This document shows, one piece after another, positions 35,728-45,766 of a stretch of DNA of 64,000 nt (position 1 is its first letter; every line of letters starts with the position of its first letter). A program made the position numbers and the translations under genes. Under the pieces are notes generated by a model. The model worked only from the letters and a program-made list of their open reading frames with translations. It was not told the DNA's origin and did not search any database. This DNA is from an uncultured Prolixibacteraceae bacterium (GTDB lineage Bacteria > Bacteroidota > Bacteroidia > Bacteroidales > FEN-979), in assembly GCA_964455285.1 (NCBI GenBank), contig CAYVVG010000008.1, positions 1,595 through 65,594 on the forward strand. Direction: 5' to 3'.

Positions 35728-37725
35728 TTACCTTACTTTGATCATCTTCTTAACCCGAACGGTATTGTCAGAGGTCAGCCGGATCAGGTAAGTGCCGGAG
35801 GCCAGATCCGAGCAATCGATCGCGAGCCGGTGTTCCCCTGCATCCTGCCAGGCATCGAGCGGCCTTAACAGAACGGCTCCCGGCAGGTCGGTGATCTCAA
35901 TGGTCACCCTGGCCGGCGAAGGGATCGAATAGTGCAGGGAAGTTGAATTCGCTGTGGGGTTCGGTGTGTTCTGGAACAGGGTGACGGAATTGGCCTTACC
36001 CGGAGAGTCAGCGAACCCCACGATCGTGGAGGCCGACTTGAGCACGATCTCGTTCCTGGGATCGAAGGTCACGGAAACGGGTTCCTTGCCGAAGGTCCAG
36101 CCAAAAAGCTGGCCGTTGGTCTCGTTCATGAAGCGCAGGAGGGTATCGCTGGCATCGGCAAACTGAACCCTGAGTTCAAGCACCATCGGAAAGTAGGGGG
36201 CGTTGGTTTGTGTTTGCCGGGCGCGGAAGTTCACCTTCCACTGCCCGCCTCCCACATTTTCGAAATCGTAGTAGTTCTGGTACACCGGGTGATTCGGCTG
36301 GAAGATCCAAGCATTGAAGAACCAGTCGTAATTGCTGCCTGTCACCGCATTGACCTTTGCGTTGAAATCGGCAATGGTGGCCGATTGATATTTGAAATTC
36401 GTATCGGCGCAGTACTGCTGCAGGGTTTCAAAGAACAGGGAGTCGCCCAGCACATACCTGAGCTGGTGGAGAACACAGGCTCCCTTCATATAGGTGATGC
36501 TGTAATCGAAGAGGGTATTTACCGGGGGCGTGTTGGTCGCCCAGGCAGGATTGGAAAGGGCCCAGCCCGAATTGTATTGCAGGTAATAGGCCGCGTCGCC
36601 GTTTATATCGGACTTGTAGGCGGAGTACCCTCCATTCATCTCATACCAGAAGGCTTCCGACCAGGTGGCAAACCCTTCGTTGAGCCAGATGTCGGCCCAG
36701 GTTGCGCAGGTGATCATGTCGCCAAACCACTGGTGAGCAAATTCATGGGCGGCCAGGCTTTCGCTCCAGCATCCCGGGCACAGGCTGGTGAGGGTCTGGT
36801 TTTCCATGCCCCCCCAGGAAAATTCCGAGTTGAGGGTGGCGAATCCGTTCTTGTCAAAAGGATGTTCGATGAAGTTCTGTGAAAACCAGGTGGTGAGGTC
36901 GGGCATGATGGAGGTGACCGGGGTCGGATCCTCGCCAAGGTTATAGTAATATCTCAAAGGGATGCTGTCGGAAGGATTGCTCAGCTTGTGCCAGTAATCG
37001 ATCTTCAACTGGTAGTTGACCTTCGAGCTGATGACCATCAGGTAGGTGGCCACATTTTGGTTGGAAATCCAGTGGTAGGTCAGCTCATCCCCGTTCAGGG
37101 TCGAATCGGCCAGCGTTCCGTTGGAGCCCAGCCTGACCGTCGATTTTACCCTGGCGAACAATTCGAACAGGGCTTTATCCGAGGGCTGGTCCCAGCACGG
37201 GAACCAGTACCGTGCGCCTTCCGGCTCACAGTCGGTGAAGACGAACCCCCCGCTGGCATAGAAGGCATTGTCGATCACATTCTTATGATGGTAAAAGATC
37301 CGGGCTTCGGCAACCTGTCCGGCAAGGAGCGTCTGGCTGAGGAAAAGGGTCAGGGTGTCCGCGGCATGAACGAAGGAGCCGGCGGCCAAGCCGACCGAGT
37401 CGATCACCAGCGAATAGCCCCTGGCATTCAGTTTCACCTGGTCCAGGTCGGCCAGGGCCTTGAATTTGACGATGACCGATCCGCTGAAGCTGTTGGGATA
37501 AGGAGAAATATGACAATCGTAAAGGTCGAGATCAAGTGTGTACTTGAGGGCATCATAGGAATGTGAGGGCCCGGAATCCCCGTTCGGGTTCAGCGTGACG
37601 AGATGGGTGGCCGCCGACTTTTTTGCGGAACACCATGCGGAACCTTTCATCGAAGCCCGATCCTGGGCGGAAACGGTGAGTACGAGCGCCAGGAAAAGGG
37701 CGGTCAGGGCAAGAGCGTGTTTCAT
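35728..37725 (-). CDS. M1-family zinc aminopeptidase with a T9SS C-terminal sorting domain (paralogue of the downstream gene)
   Basis: 665 aa with a signal peptide. HEFAHQWFGD plus WLNEGFATW identify the M1 family. The C-terminal LFQNTPNPTANSTSLHY is a T9SS CTD. Confidence 0.82.
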   Translation of the reverse strand: MKHALALTALFLALVLTVSAQDRASMKGSAWCSAKKSAATHLVTLNPNGDSGPSHSYDALKYTLDLDLYDCHISPYPNSFSGSVIVKFKALADLDQVKLNARGYSLVIDSVGLAAGSFVHAADTLTLFLSQTLLAGQVAEARIFYHHKNVIDNAFYASGGFVFTDCEPEGARYWFPCWDQPSDKALFELFARVKSTVRLGSNGTLADSTLNGDELTYHWISNQNVATYLMVISSKVNYQLKIDYWHKLSNPSDSIPLRYYYNLGEDPTPVTSIMPDLTTWFSQNFIEHPFDKNGFATLNSEFSWGGMENQTLTSLCPGCWSESLAAHEFAHQWFGDMITCATWADIWLNEGFATWSEAFWYEMNGGYSAYKSDINGDAAYYLQYNSGWALSNPAWATNTPPVNTLFDYSITYMKGACVLHQLRYVLGDSLFFETLQQYCADTNFKYQSATIADFNAKVNAVTGSNYDWFFNAWIFQPNHPVYQNYYDFENVGGGQWKVNFRARQTQTNAPYFPMVLELRVQFADASDTLLRFMNETNGQLFGWTFGKEPVSVTFDPRNEIVLKSASTIVGFADSPGKANSVTLFQNTPNPTANSTSLHYSIPSPARVTIEITDLPGAVLLRPLDAWQDAGEHRLAIDCSDLASGTYLIRLTSDNTVRVKKMIKVR

Positions 37726-37758
37726 GGATGTAAGATGGATTGAATGTGATTAGGTTCA

Positions 37759-37766
37759 CAAAGGTA
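37759..37766 (-). promoter_or_regulatory. -7 promoter box TACCTTTG for the tandem M1 peptidase genes
   Basis: Exact motif on the minus strand, 33 nt upstream of ATG 37725. Confidence 0.5.
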
Positions 37767-37814
37767 CATTTTTTTTCAGCCGCCCGGGTTCCCCGACGTG
37801 AGCGAAAAAACAGA

Positions 37815-37822
37815 TACATTTG
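37815..37822 (+). promoter_or_regulatory. -7 promoter box TACATTTG for the SBP lipoprotein gene (leaderless spacing)
   Basis: Exact motif ending 5 nt before ATG 37828. Confidence 0.45.
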
Positions 37823-37827
37823 CCGCG

Positions 37828-39459
37828 ATGATAAAACCGATGCTGATCCCGGCACTGGCCGCCGGGTTTCTCCTGATATCGTGTTCCCGTCCCGCCGACC
37901 TGCCGGGAAAGAGCGTATTCCGGTACAATGAAGCCGCGAACATCTCCACGCTGGATCCCGCTTTTGCCCGGGACCAGACGGTCATATGGGCCGTCAATCA
38001 ATTGTTTAACGGACTGATCCAGCTCGACGACCGCATGGAGGTCAGGCCGTCCATTGCCCGGTCCTGGAGTGTGCAGGATTCGGGGAGAACCTATGAGTTT
38101 CACCTGCGGAACGATGTTTTCTTTCATGACAGCCCGGCTTTCAAGGGTGGGAGAGGGCGCCGTGTGGTGGCCGCGGATTTTGTCTATTCACTGGGCCGCA
38201 TCATCGACCCGGCGGTGGCTTCACCCGGAGCCTGGATATTCAACGATGCGGATACGACAGATCCGGGAGGGGCGTTCCGGGCCCCTGACGATTCCACGCT
38301 CATTGTCAGGCTCCGTCACCCTTTCCCTCCCTTTCTCCGCCTGCTCAGCATGCAGTATTGTTCGGTGGTCCCTCGCGAAGCTGTGGAAATGTCGGGCAAC
38401 GACTTCGGCCGGCAACCCGTGGGAACCGGACCGTTCCGGTTTTCGATGTGGAAGGAGGGGGTCAAACTGGTGCTGCTGAAGAACGAAGGGTATTTCGAAA
38501 CCCGCCAGGGCGAGCGTCTTCCATATCTTGACGCAGTAGCCGTCAGTTTCGTTCCCGACCGCCAGTCGTCATTCCTGGAATTCATCAAAGGAAACCTGGA
38601 CATGATGTCGGGGCTGGATCCGGCCTACAAGGATGAACTGCTTACCCGCGACGGCCGGTTGCAGCCCCGGTACCGTTCATCCATCAACCTGATCACCCAG
38701 CCTTATCTCAATACCGAGTACCTGGGGTTTATGATGGATACATCCGCTCCCGGCGGCAGATCGGTCACCTCCTCCCGGGCGGTAAGGCAGGCGATCAACC
38801 TTGCTTTCGACCGGCGCAAAATGATCCGCTACCTGCGCAACAATATGGGGATACCGGGCCTGCAGGGAATCACGCCGAAGGGGCTGCCCTCGTTCGATTC
38901 ATCCGTCACCTGTTATGACTACGACCCGGAACGGGCCCGCCGGCTGCTTGCTGCGGCCGGTTATCCCGAAGGAAGGGGCCTGCCGCCGGTCACGCTCACC
39001 TCCACGGCCGATTATCTCGACATCTGCAAATATATCCAGCACCAGGTGGCTGCCATCGGCATCGATCTTCGCATCGAGGTCAGTCAGCCGGCCGCAGTCA
39101 AGGAGATGAAAGCAGAAGCCAAGCTGCCTTTCTTCCGTGCCTCCTGGATCGCCGACTATCCCGATGCCGAAAACTATCTCTCCCTGTTCTGCACCCGGAA
39201 TTTCTCGCCGAAAGGACCCAACTACACCCATTTTTCGAATCCCCTGTACGACCACCTGTATGACCGGGCCATGGCAGAGGGGAATGACTCCATCCGCTAT
39301 GCACTTTACCGCCGCATGGAAAGCATCCTGATGGAAGAATCCCCGGTCGTGGTGCTCTACTACGACCAGGTGCTCCGGTTTGTTCACCGCAATGTCGAAG
39401 GGCTCGGGAGCAACCCGATGAATCTGCTCACGCTGAAGTACGTCAGAAAGTCAGGGTAA
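37828..39459 (+). CDS. ABC transporter substrate-binding lipoprotein, family 5 (peptide/nickel type)
   Basis: MIKPMLIPALAAGFLLISC is a lipoprotein signal. The SBP_bac_5-like body includes the WIADYPDAENYL motif. The ATG at 37828 lies 5 nt after the -7 box. The ORF-track GTG at 37798 was rejected. Confidence 0.8.
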   Translation: MIKPMLIPALAAGFLLISCSRPADLPGKSVFRYNEAANISTLDPAFARDQTVIWAVNQLFNGLIQLDDRMEVRPSIARSWSVQDSGRTYEFHLRNDVFFHDSPAFKGGRGRRVVAADFVYSLGRIIDPAVASPGAWIFNDADTTDPGGAFRAPDDSTLIVRLRHPFPPFLRLLSMQYCSVVPREAVEMSGNDFGRQPVGTGPFRFSMWKEGVKLVLLKNEGYFETRQGERLPYLDAVAVSFVPDRQSSFLEFIKGNLDMMSGLDPAYKDELLTRDGRLQPRYRSSINLITQPYLNTEYLGFMMDTSAPGGRSVTSSRAVRQAINLAFDRRKMIRYLRNNMGIPGLQGITPKGLPSFDSSVTCYDYDPERARRLLAAAGYPEGRGLPPVTLTSTADYLDICKYIQHQVAAIGIDLRIEVSQPAAVKEMKAEAKLPFFRASWIADYPDAENYLSLFCTRNFSPKGPNYTHFSNPLYDHLYDRAMAEGNDSIRYALYRRMESILMEESPVVVLYYDQVLRFVHRNVEGLGSNPMNLLTLKYVRKSG

Positions 39460-40210
39460 GTCCGTCGAAGGCCAACTGCACATTTGCCGGCAACTCGCGG
39501 CTTACATCCTCGCAGGTTCCCATCTGGTGGCTGATATGGGTCAGAAACCCCTGCGCGGGCTTCAGGTCTTCCATGAGCGCGAGGGCTTCCTCGAGATTGA
39601 AATGGGAGTAATGTTTCTTTTTCCTGAGGGCATTCAGCACGACGATCCCCGAACCCCGGATCTTCTCCTTTTCCGCCTCTGTGATCCTGACAGCATCGGT
39701 GATGTAAGTGAAATCACCAATACGGAAACCGAAAACATGCTGGATGTTCTTATAATGGACTGCCCGGACCGGGATCACGGTCTCCCCCTTCACTGTGAAA
39801 GGGCGGTTCGTGAGCCGGTGAAGGATGATCTCGGGCACGCCGGGATACCTGTCGCCGGAGAAAGCATACGAATATTCGGTCCGGATGGCGGCCATCACTT
39901 TTGAAGTCGCATACACATGTGCCGGACTCCGGTTGATGTAGTTGAACGCGCGCACGTCGTCGAGCCCGCCTGTATGGTCCTTGTGCCCGTGGGTAAGGAG
40001 GATGGCGTCGATGGACCGGACATGCTCGCGGAGCATCTGTTGCCGGAAATCGGGTCCGCAGTCGATCACCACCCGCCAGTCCTCTTTTTCTACCAGGATG
40101 GAGGACCGGAGCCGCCTGTCACGCGGGTCGGCCGACCGGCATACTTCGCATTCACAGGCAATTACCGGGACCCCCTGCGAGGTGCCGGTGCCCAGGAAAG
40201 TAACTTTCAT
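39443..40210 (-). CDS. MBL-fold metallo-hydrolase (PhnP / beta-lactamase superfamily II-like)
   Basis: MKVTFLGTGTSQGVP begins the protein and HGHKDHTGGLDD matches the HxHxDH motif. The 3' end overlaps the convergent SBP gene by 17 nt. Confidence 0.75.
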   Translation of the reverse strand: MKVTFLGTGTSQGVPVIACECEVCRSADPRDRRLRSSILVEKEDWRVVIDCGPDFRQQMLREHVRSIDAILLTHGHKDHTGGLDDVRAFNYINRSPAHVYATSKVMAAIRTEYSYAFSGDRYPGVPEIILHRLTNRPFTVKGETVIPVRAVHYKNIQHVFGFRIGDFTYITDAVRITEAEKEKIRGSGIVVLNALRKKKHYSHFNLEEALALMEDLKPAQGFLTHISHQMGTCEDVSRELPANVQLAFDGLTLTF

Positions 40211-40225
40211 CAGAGGAATTTGAGG

Positions 40226-40233
40226 CAAATTTA
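40226..40233 (-). promoter_or_regulatory. -7 promoter box TAAATTTG for the MBL-fold hydrolase gene
   Basis: Exact motif on the minus strand, 15 nt upstream of ATG 40210. Confidence 0.45.
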
Positions 40234-40324
40234 GGTTTTATTAACAACCGGCCGGATACTTTGACCCTCTGGTTGACGTTTTATGTTCCGCGCACTGCGG
40301 GTTGTACGGTTCATGCAGTTTGCG

Positions 40325-40332
40325 TAATTTTG
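40325..40332 (+). promoter_or_regulatory. -7 promoter box TAATTTTG for the hypothetical-dapA-M14 gene string
   Basis: Exact motif 25 nt upstream of ATG 40358. Confidence 0.45.
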
Positions 40333-40357
40333 CAGTCAAGTCTGAATGAACCTGTAA

Positions 40358-40921
40358 ATGAAGGACATGTTTGATAAGTTGAGAATCAGGATCGGACAGT
40401 ATTACTACCGGCGGGAACAGTCCCGGTGGCAAAGGCACAGCCAGATGACCAACCTGGATGATGCCAGGCGCATAGGCATCCTCTATACGCTTGATGATAT
40501 GCCTGATTACGAGAGGGTTTCGGAGTTTGTTTCGCGGCTTCAAAGCGATCACAAAGAGGTGAAGGCGCTGGGCTTCGTCAAGAACCGGAACCTGCTCCAA
40601 CGCTTCCTGCCGAAACTCTCCTATGATTTTTTCTCGAACCGGGATCTTACCTGGTTTTACAAACCCATTCATTCACAGGTGAAAGATTTTATTGAGAAGG
40701 AATTTGACCTGCTCATCGATCTCAGCACCCAGGAAGCGTTCCCGCTCAAATACATTGCCGGCCTGTCTCGTGCACTTTGCCGGGTGGGGAGGTTTTCGGA
40801 AGACAATGTGGAATATTATGACCTGATGATCGACTCAAAGCCGTCGACCTCTCCCGAGGAATACCTGCGGCAGGTCCAGTACTATCTTACCGTGATAAAG
40901 ACCCATGCGAAAAGGATCTGA
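40358..40921 (+). CDS. conserved hypothetical protein (upstream partner of dapA)
   Basis: 187-aa ORF with its own -7 box. It overlaps the dapA start by 17 nt. I recognise no catalytic motifs. Confidence 0.5.
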   Translation: MKDMFDKLRIRIGQYYYRREQSRWQRHSQMTNLDDARRIGILYTLDDMPDYERVSEFVSRLQSDHKEVKALGFVKNRNLLQRFLPKLSYDFFSNRDLTWFYKPIHSQVKDFIEKEFDLLIDLSTQEAFPLKYIAGLSRALCRVGRFSEDNVEYYDLMIDSKPSTSPEEYLRQVQYYLTVIKTHAKRI

Positions 40922-41801
40922 AAAATTCCGCGGCACCGGGGTGGCCATTGTGACCCCCTTCATGCAATCAGGTGCGATCGATTTTAACGCCTTTGAAAAG
41001 ATCGTCGAACATGTGATCCGCGGCGGTGTGGATTATATTGTGGTGCTGGGCACGACCGGCGAATCGCCCACCGTTTCCAAACCCGAAAGAAAGGCACTGG
41101 TGGAATTTGCGGTTGAAACCATTAAGAAGCGGGTTCCGTTGGTGGTCGGGGCAGGAGGGAACGCGACCTCCGACGTCGTCCTCTCGATCCATGGAATCCC
41201 GTTGAGGGGGGTGGATGCCATCCTGTCGGTCAGCCCATATTATTCGAAGCCGCAACAGGAGGGTATATACCAGCATTATAAAGCCATTGCCGAGGCCAGT
41301 CCCGTTCCCGTTATTCTTTACACGGTCCCGGGCCGTACCGGCGGAAATATCGCAGCAGCCACAACCCTGCGCCTGGCGCATGATTTTCCGAACATCATCG
41401 GAATCAAAGAAGCTTCTGCCAATTTCGACCAGATCTTTCATGTGTTGCGCGACCGGCCGAAAGGATTCCTGGTGATCTCGGGGGACGATAACCTCACCCT
41501 GCCCATCATCGCATCGGGGGCCGATGGGGTCATCTCGGTTACGGCGAATGCTTTCCCGAAGGAGGTCTCGGTCATGGTGAAAGAAGGGCTGGCGGGTAAT
41601 CTTGATGCCGCACGGGCCCTGCATTACCGGCTTATCGATTTTACCAATGCCCTGTTTGCCGACGGCAGCCCTTCGGGGATCAAGGCCGCCCTCGAAATCA
41701 AAAAACTCTGCAGCAACCATCTGCGTCTGCCCCTGGTGCCTGCCGACCCAGGCGTGTATCAGCGCATCCGCGAACTGATCCATCAACTCGACCGACCATG
41801 A
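40905..41801 (+). CDS. dapA: 4-hydroxy-tetrahydrodipicolinate synthase
   Basis: 298 aa. FRGTGVAIVTPF, VVLGTTGES, YYSKP and IIGIKEAS (Schiff-base lysine) are the DapA motifs. Confidence 0.92.
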   Translation: MRKGSEKFRGTGVAIVTPFMQSGAIDFNAFEKIVEHVIRGGVDYIVVLGTTGESPTVSKPERKALVEFAVETIKKRVPLVVGAGGNATSDVVLSIHGIPLRGVDAILSVSPYYSKPQQEGIYQHYKAIAEASPVPVILYTVPGRTGGNIAAATTLRLAHDFPNIIGIKEASANFDQIFHVLRDRPKGFLVISGDDNLTLPIIASGADGVISVTANAFPKEVSVMVKEGLAGNLDAARALHYRLIDFTNALFADGSPSGIKAALEIKKLCSNHLRLPLVPADPGVYQRIRELIHQLDRP

Positions 41802-43531
41802 GATTTTTATTCTTCCTGCTTCCCGCACTCCTTATCACGGGCCTGGTCCGGCCCCTTCAAGCCCAGATCAACCTAAACGAAAGAACCGACAGTCTTTTCC
41901 GCATTGACGGGGAGATCTGTTTCACATTCCGGGTCGGAGATCCCGGCGAACTGCGTCCGTTGACACGGATCATCTCCATCGACCATTTCGATGGCACCAT
42001 GGCGCGGGCCTACGCCAACCGGGATCAGTTCGGTAAATTCCTGGAAAAGAGGATCCCGTTTACTGTTTTACCGCATCCGGGAACCCGGATCCCGAGGCAT
42101 GAACTCGAACCCCCTGCAACGGCGGCCTCTCCCGGGGGAGGTACGGTGTGGAACTTTTACCCGACCTATGAGCAGTATGTCGGGTTCATGACCGGATTCG
42201 CCGCCAGTTATCCCTCGGTCTGCCGGCTCGACACCGTTGGTTATTCCATGCAGGGAAGGCTCCTCCTCGCACTCAGGATCAGCGATAACATCGGCCAGGA
42301 GGAAGCTGAACCCCAGTTTCTTTATACCTCGAGCATTCACGGCGATGAAACCACCGGTTATATCCTGATGCTCCACCTCATCGACTATCTCCTGACCCAG
42401 TACGGCAACGACCCGGCGATCACCGACCTGGTGAATACCACCGAAATATGCATCAACCCCCTGGCCAATCCCGATGGCACCTATCACGGGGGAAACAGCA
42501 GCGTTTACGGGGCTGTCCGTTACAACGCCAACGGCATCGACATCAACCGGAATTTCCCGGATCCGAAAGTGGGTCAGCATCCCGACGGAAACCCTTGGCA
42601 GACAGAGACTCTTGCGTGGATGGAATATGCCGGAGACAACCATTTCTGCATGTCGGCCAATTTTCATGGAGGAGCAGAGGTGTTCAATTATCCATGGGAT
42701 ACCTGGTCAAAACTTCACGCCGATGATGACTGGTGGCAGTTTGTGGGACGGGAGTGGGCCGACACGGTGCATCTTTACGGACCTGCCGGTTATTTCAATG
42801 ACCTCGAAAACGGCATCACCAACGGGAACGCCTGGTACGAGATCAATGGCGGGCGGCAGGACTATATGAACTACTGGCATCATTGTCGTGAAGTGACACT
42901 TGAGATATCAAATATTAAACTGTTACCGGTTAGTCAGTTGCTGAATTTCTGGGAATACAATTACCGGTCCTTTCTGAACTATATCCGCCAGTCGCACTAC
43001 GGTTTCAGCGGGATCGTCACGGATACGGTCACGGACTTGCCGGTGGTGGCGCGCGTGTTCATCCTCGGCCACGACGTCGACATGTCCGAGGTCTATTCCC
43101 GTGAGGCTACCGGTTTCTATTGCCGGCCGATCCATGAAGGAACCTATCATGTGACATTCACTGCACCCGGCTACTTCCCGAAGACTGTTCAGGGGGTGAC
43201 GGTGGCCAATCGCACCACCACCGCGCTGGATGTCCAGCTTCGTCCGCTCACCTATGATGCCCAGGATAAAAGCACCCGTGCCACACTGGTGTTCCCGAAT
43301 CCCACCGACGGTCATTTCCGGCTCATCCTGCCGGGTGAGCCCATCGGTTCATCGTGTGCACTTCAGATCCTGAATACGATGGGTGCGATCGTGCATACAC
43401 GGGGGATCGATCACCTGAAGGACGGGGGGATCGTCGATATTGCCCTTCCTGACCTCCCGTCGGGACTCTATTTCCTGCATTTCAATTCCGGGTACAGGAT
43501 TTATACGGATAAGCTGGTGATCCGCAGATAA
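41798..43531 (+). CDS. M14-family zinc carboxypeptidase with a T9SS C-terminal sorting domain
   Basis: 577 aa with a signal peptide. SSIHGDETTG is the HxxE zinc site and NFHGG is present. The C-terminal LVFPNPTDGHFRL...LYFLHF... is a T9SS CTD. The start overlaps the dapA stop (ATGA). Confidence 0.82.
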   Translation: MRFLFFLLPALLITGLVRPLQAQINLNERTDSLFRIDGEICFTFRVGDPGELRPLTRIISIDHFDGTMARAYANRDQFGKFLEKRIPFTVLPHPGTRIPRHELEPPATAASPGGGTVWNFYPTYEQYVGFMTGFAASYPSVCRLDTVGYSMQGRLLLALRISDNIGQEEAEPQFLYTSSIHGDETTGYILMLHLIDYLLTQYGNDPAITDLVNTTEICINPLANPDGTYHGGNSSVYGAVRYNANGIDINRNFPDPKVGQHPDGNPWQTETLAWMEYAGDNHFCMSANFHGGAEVFNYPWDTWSKLHADDDWWQFVGREWADTVHLYGPAGYFNDLENGITNGNAWYEINGGRQDYMNYWHHCREVTLEISNIKLLPVSQLLNFWEYNYRSFLNYIRQSHYGFSGIVTDTVTDLPVVARVFILGHDVDMSEVYSREATGFYCRPIHEGTYHVTFTAPGYFPKTVQGVTVANRTTTALDVQLRPLTYDAQDKSTRATLVFPNPTDGHFRLILPGEPIGSSCALQILNTMGAIVHTRGIDHLKDGGIVDIALPDLPSGLYFLHFNSGYRIYTDKLVIRR

Positions 43532-43537
43532 ACCAGG

Positions 43538-44467
43538 TCAGAGCCGTATGCCCGCATCGAGGAGGATGCGGAAAGCGACCACCGTCAGAAGCGCTGCCAG
43601 GCCGGCCGCCAGGCTGATGCGGACATCCCGGGGTTCCTCGTCGAAATAAAGATCTTCCATCCTTCCTCCGCGGATCACAACCGGCAGCAAGAACAGGAGC
43701 AGGGTGGCATTCACCGCCAGGTTGAAGGTGTTGAAATCAGGCAGCTTCAGAACGAGGATCAGGACATCACCGGCAAGAAAGGGGTAAAGGAACTGGTGTC
43801 GCAGAAATCGAGCGTGCTGCCCACCTGTCAGTTTGTTGACATAGGTATTGGCGGTATAAAGCGAGATCCGCGTCATCATCAACCCCATGGTGATCATGGC
43901 CACCAGGCTCAGGATGGTCAGGACCACTTTTCCCGTATCCATCAGGAACAGGTAAAGGATCACAAAACCGAATCCCTTGCCCAGCAGGGCGCCCATCAGC
44001 ACCTCTCCCAGGAAACGGTTGAATGCGTGGAAGATCATCCAAAGGACCAGCAACCGGAGCATGCCCCTTTCGGTCTCCACCGATTTGTACAGGATGAGCA
44101 GGAGCAGGGTAATGACGAACATGGCAACAGGGCCGCTGCCAAACACCCCAAGCACCGAATCGGGAGTCCAGTCGATGCTCCGGATCAGGAATTCGACCGT
44201 ATGAAAATAGACGATGACCGGTACGTTGAAAAGGGTGGCGACAAACCCGGTCACGAACAGGTTGAGGGTGTCGACCAGCAGGAAAGCGATCAGGAAAAGA
44301 AACAGGGAATTCGAGGAAACCGCCAGGTATTTCCTGCCGGACAGGTCATCGGATTCCATCCCGTGAATGCGTCGTTCCCGGAACAGCGACCCGGTTTTCG
44401 CCAGGTACCGGATTTTCCGGTACGCGGCATAACCGCGACCCGTCGGGAACCGGCGCCGGGTTGTCAT
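43538..44467 (-). CDS. polytopic membrane protein of unknown function
   Basis: 309 aa with a basic N-terminus followed by about 7 hydrophobic helices. The start lies 2 nt after the stop of the upstream alpha-oxoamine synthase gene. An alternative start is ATG 44359. Confidence 0.45.
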   Translation of the reverse strand: MTTRRRFPTGRGYAAYRKIRYLAKTGSLFRERRIHGMESDDLSGRKYLAVSSNSLFLFLIAFLLVDTLNLFVTGFVATLFNVPVIVYFHTVEFLIRSIDWTPDSVLGVFGSGPVAMFVITLLLLILYKSVETERGMLRLLVLWMIFHAFNRFLGEVLMGALLGKGFGFVILYLFLMDTGKVVLTILSLVAMITMGLMMTRISLYTANTYVNKLTGGQHARFLRHQFLYPFLAGDVLILVLKLPDFNTFNLAVNATLLLFLLPVVIRGGRMEDLYFDEEPRDVRISLAAGLAALLTVVAFRILLDAGIRL

Positions 44468-44469
44468 CT

Positions 44470-45723
44470 TCAGAACTTTTCGCCCATCGAGGGAATGGTG
44501 CCGGTAGCGTATTTGCCGGCGTCGAGGTTCTTCTTCACTTCGGCAAAGGCCCTGATGGTCACATCGACATCTTCAAGGGTATGCACGGCCGTAGGGATCA
44601 GGCGGAGCATGATCACGCCTTTCGGTACGACAGGGTACACGACCACCGAACAAAATATTCCGAAATTCTCACGCAGGTCGGCAATGATCTGGGTCGCTTC
44701 AAAGGCTCCCCCCTTGAGGAAAACGGGGGTGACCGGCGACTGGGTCCGCCCGATGTCGAAGCCGTGCTGTTTCAGCCCTGCCTGGAGGGCCCTGACAATG
44801 GTCCAGAGTTTTTCGCGAAGCTCCGGATGGGTCCGGATCATATCCAGCCGTTTCAGCGATCCGACAACCATCGGCAGGGGGAGTGCCTTGGCATAGATCT
44901 GCGACCGCATCTTGAAGGTCAGCGCCTTGATGATCCTTTTCTCGCTGGCCACGAAAGCGCCGATGCCGGCCATCGCTTTGGCGAAGGTGCCGAAATAGAC
45001 ATCCACACCATCCATGACTCCCTGTTCCTGGCTGGTCCCGCAACCAGTCGTTCCCATCGTTCCGAAGCCATGTGCGTCGTCGACCAGCAGCCTGAAACCA
45101 TATTTATCCTTGAATTGGAGGATCCCCTTCAGGTTGCCCAGGTCACCGGGCATTCCGAACACGCCTTCGGTGATCACGAGGATCCCTCCGCCTGTCTGGT
45201 CGGCTACTTTCCGGGCATGTTTGAGCTGGCTCTCGAACCGGTCCATGTCATTGTGCGGGAAAACAAAACGTTTCCCGATATGCAAGCGCAGGCCGTCTAG
45301 AATGCAGGCGTGCGATTCCGAGTCGTACACCACAACGTCGTGACGGTCGAGCATCGAATCGATGATCGAAACCATTCCCATGTACCCGAAATTCAGCAGG
45401 TATGCTGCTTCCTTTTTTTCGAAATCGGCCAGTTCCTGCTCCAGCTGCTGGTGGTACTTTGTCTGCCCCGACATCATCCGGGCTCCCATCGGGGCAGCCA
45501 GTCCAAACTGTTCGGAGGCCTCCGTGTCAGCTTTTCTGACCTCGGGATGGTTCGCAAGCCCCAGGTAGTTGTTAAGGCTCCATACCAGCACCGGTTTACC
45601 CCGGAAGATCATCCGGCTGGAAATCTCGCCTTCCAGTTTGGGAAAAGAGAAATAACCAAACGCCTGATCGGCATACTGGCCCAATGGCCCCATGTTCCCG
45701 GCTACTTTATCGAAAATGTCCAC
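44470..45723 (-). CDS. alpha-oxoamine synthase family PLP enzyme (BioF / KBL / serine-palmitoyltransferase-like acyl-transferase)
   Basis: SLNNYLGLANHPEV, DDAHGFG and GTFAKAM (PLP lysine) are family motifs. I trimmed the start to GTG 45723 (alternative ATG 45693) because a -7 box for this strand sits at 45767-45774 and the bamD promoter lies further upstream. Confidence 0.75.
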   Translation of the reverse strand: MDIFDKVAGNMGPLGQYADQAFGYFSFPKLEGEISSRMIFRGKPVLVWSLNNYLGLANHPEVRKADTEASEQFGLAAPMGARMMSGQTKYHQQLEQELADFEKKEAAYLLNFGYMGMVSIIDSMLDRHDVVVYDSESHACILDGLRLHIGKRFVFPHNDMDRFESQLKHARKVADQTGGGILVITEGVFGMPGDLGNLKGILQFKDKYGFRLLVDDAHGFGTMGTTGCGTSQEQGVMDGVDVYFGTFAKAMAGIGAFVASEKRIIKALTFKMRSQIYAKALPLPMVVGSLKRLDMIRTHPELREKLWTIVRALQAGLKQHGFDIGRTQSPVTPVFLKGGAFEATQIIADLRENFGIFCSVVVYPVVPKGVIMLRLIPTAVHTLEDVDVTIRAFAEVKKNLDAGKYATGTIPSMGEKF

Positions 45724-45766
45724 AGCTGTTGAGTTTTTATCGTTCGACTTGGTTTTTTTCAGCCTG

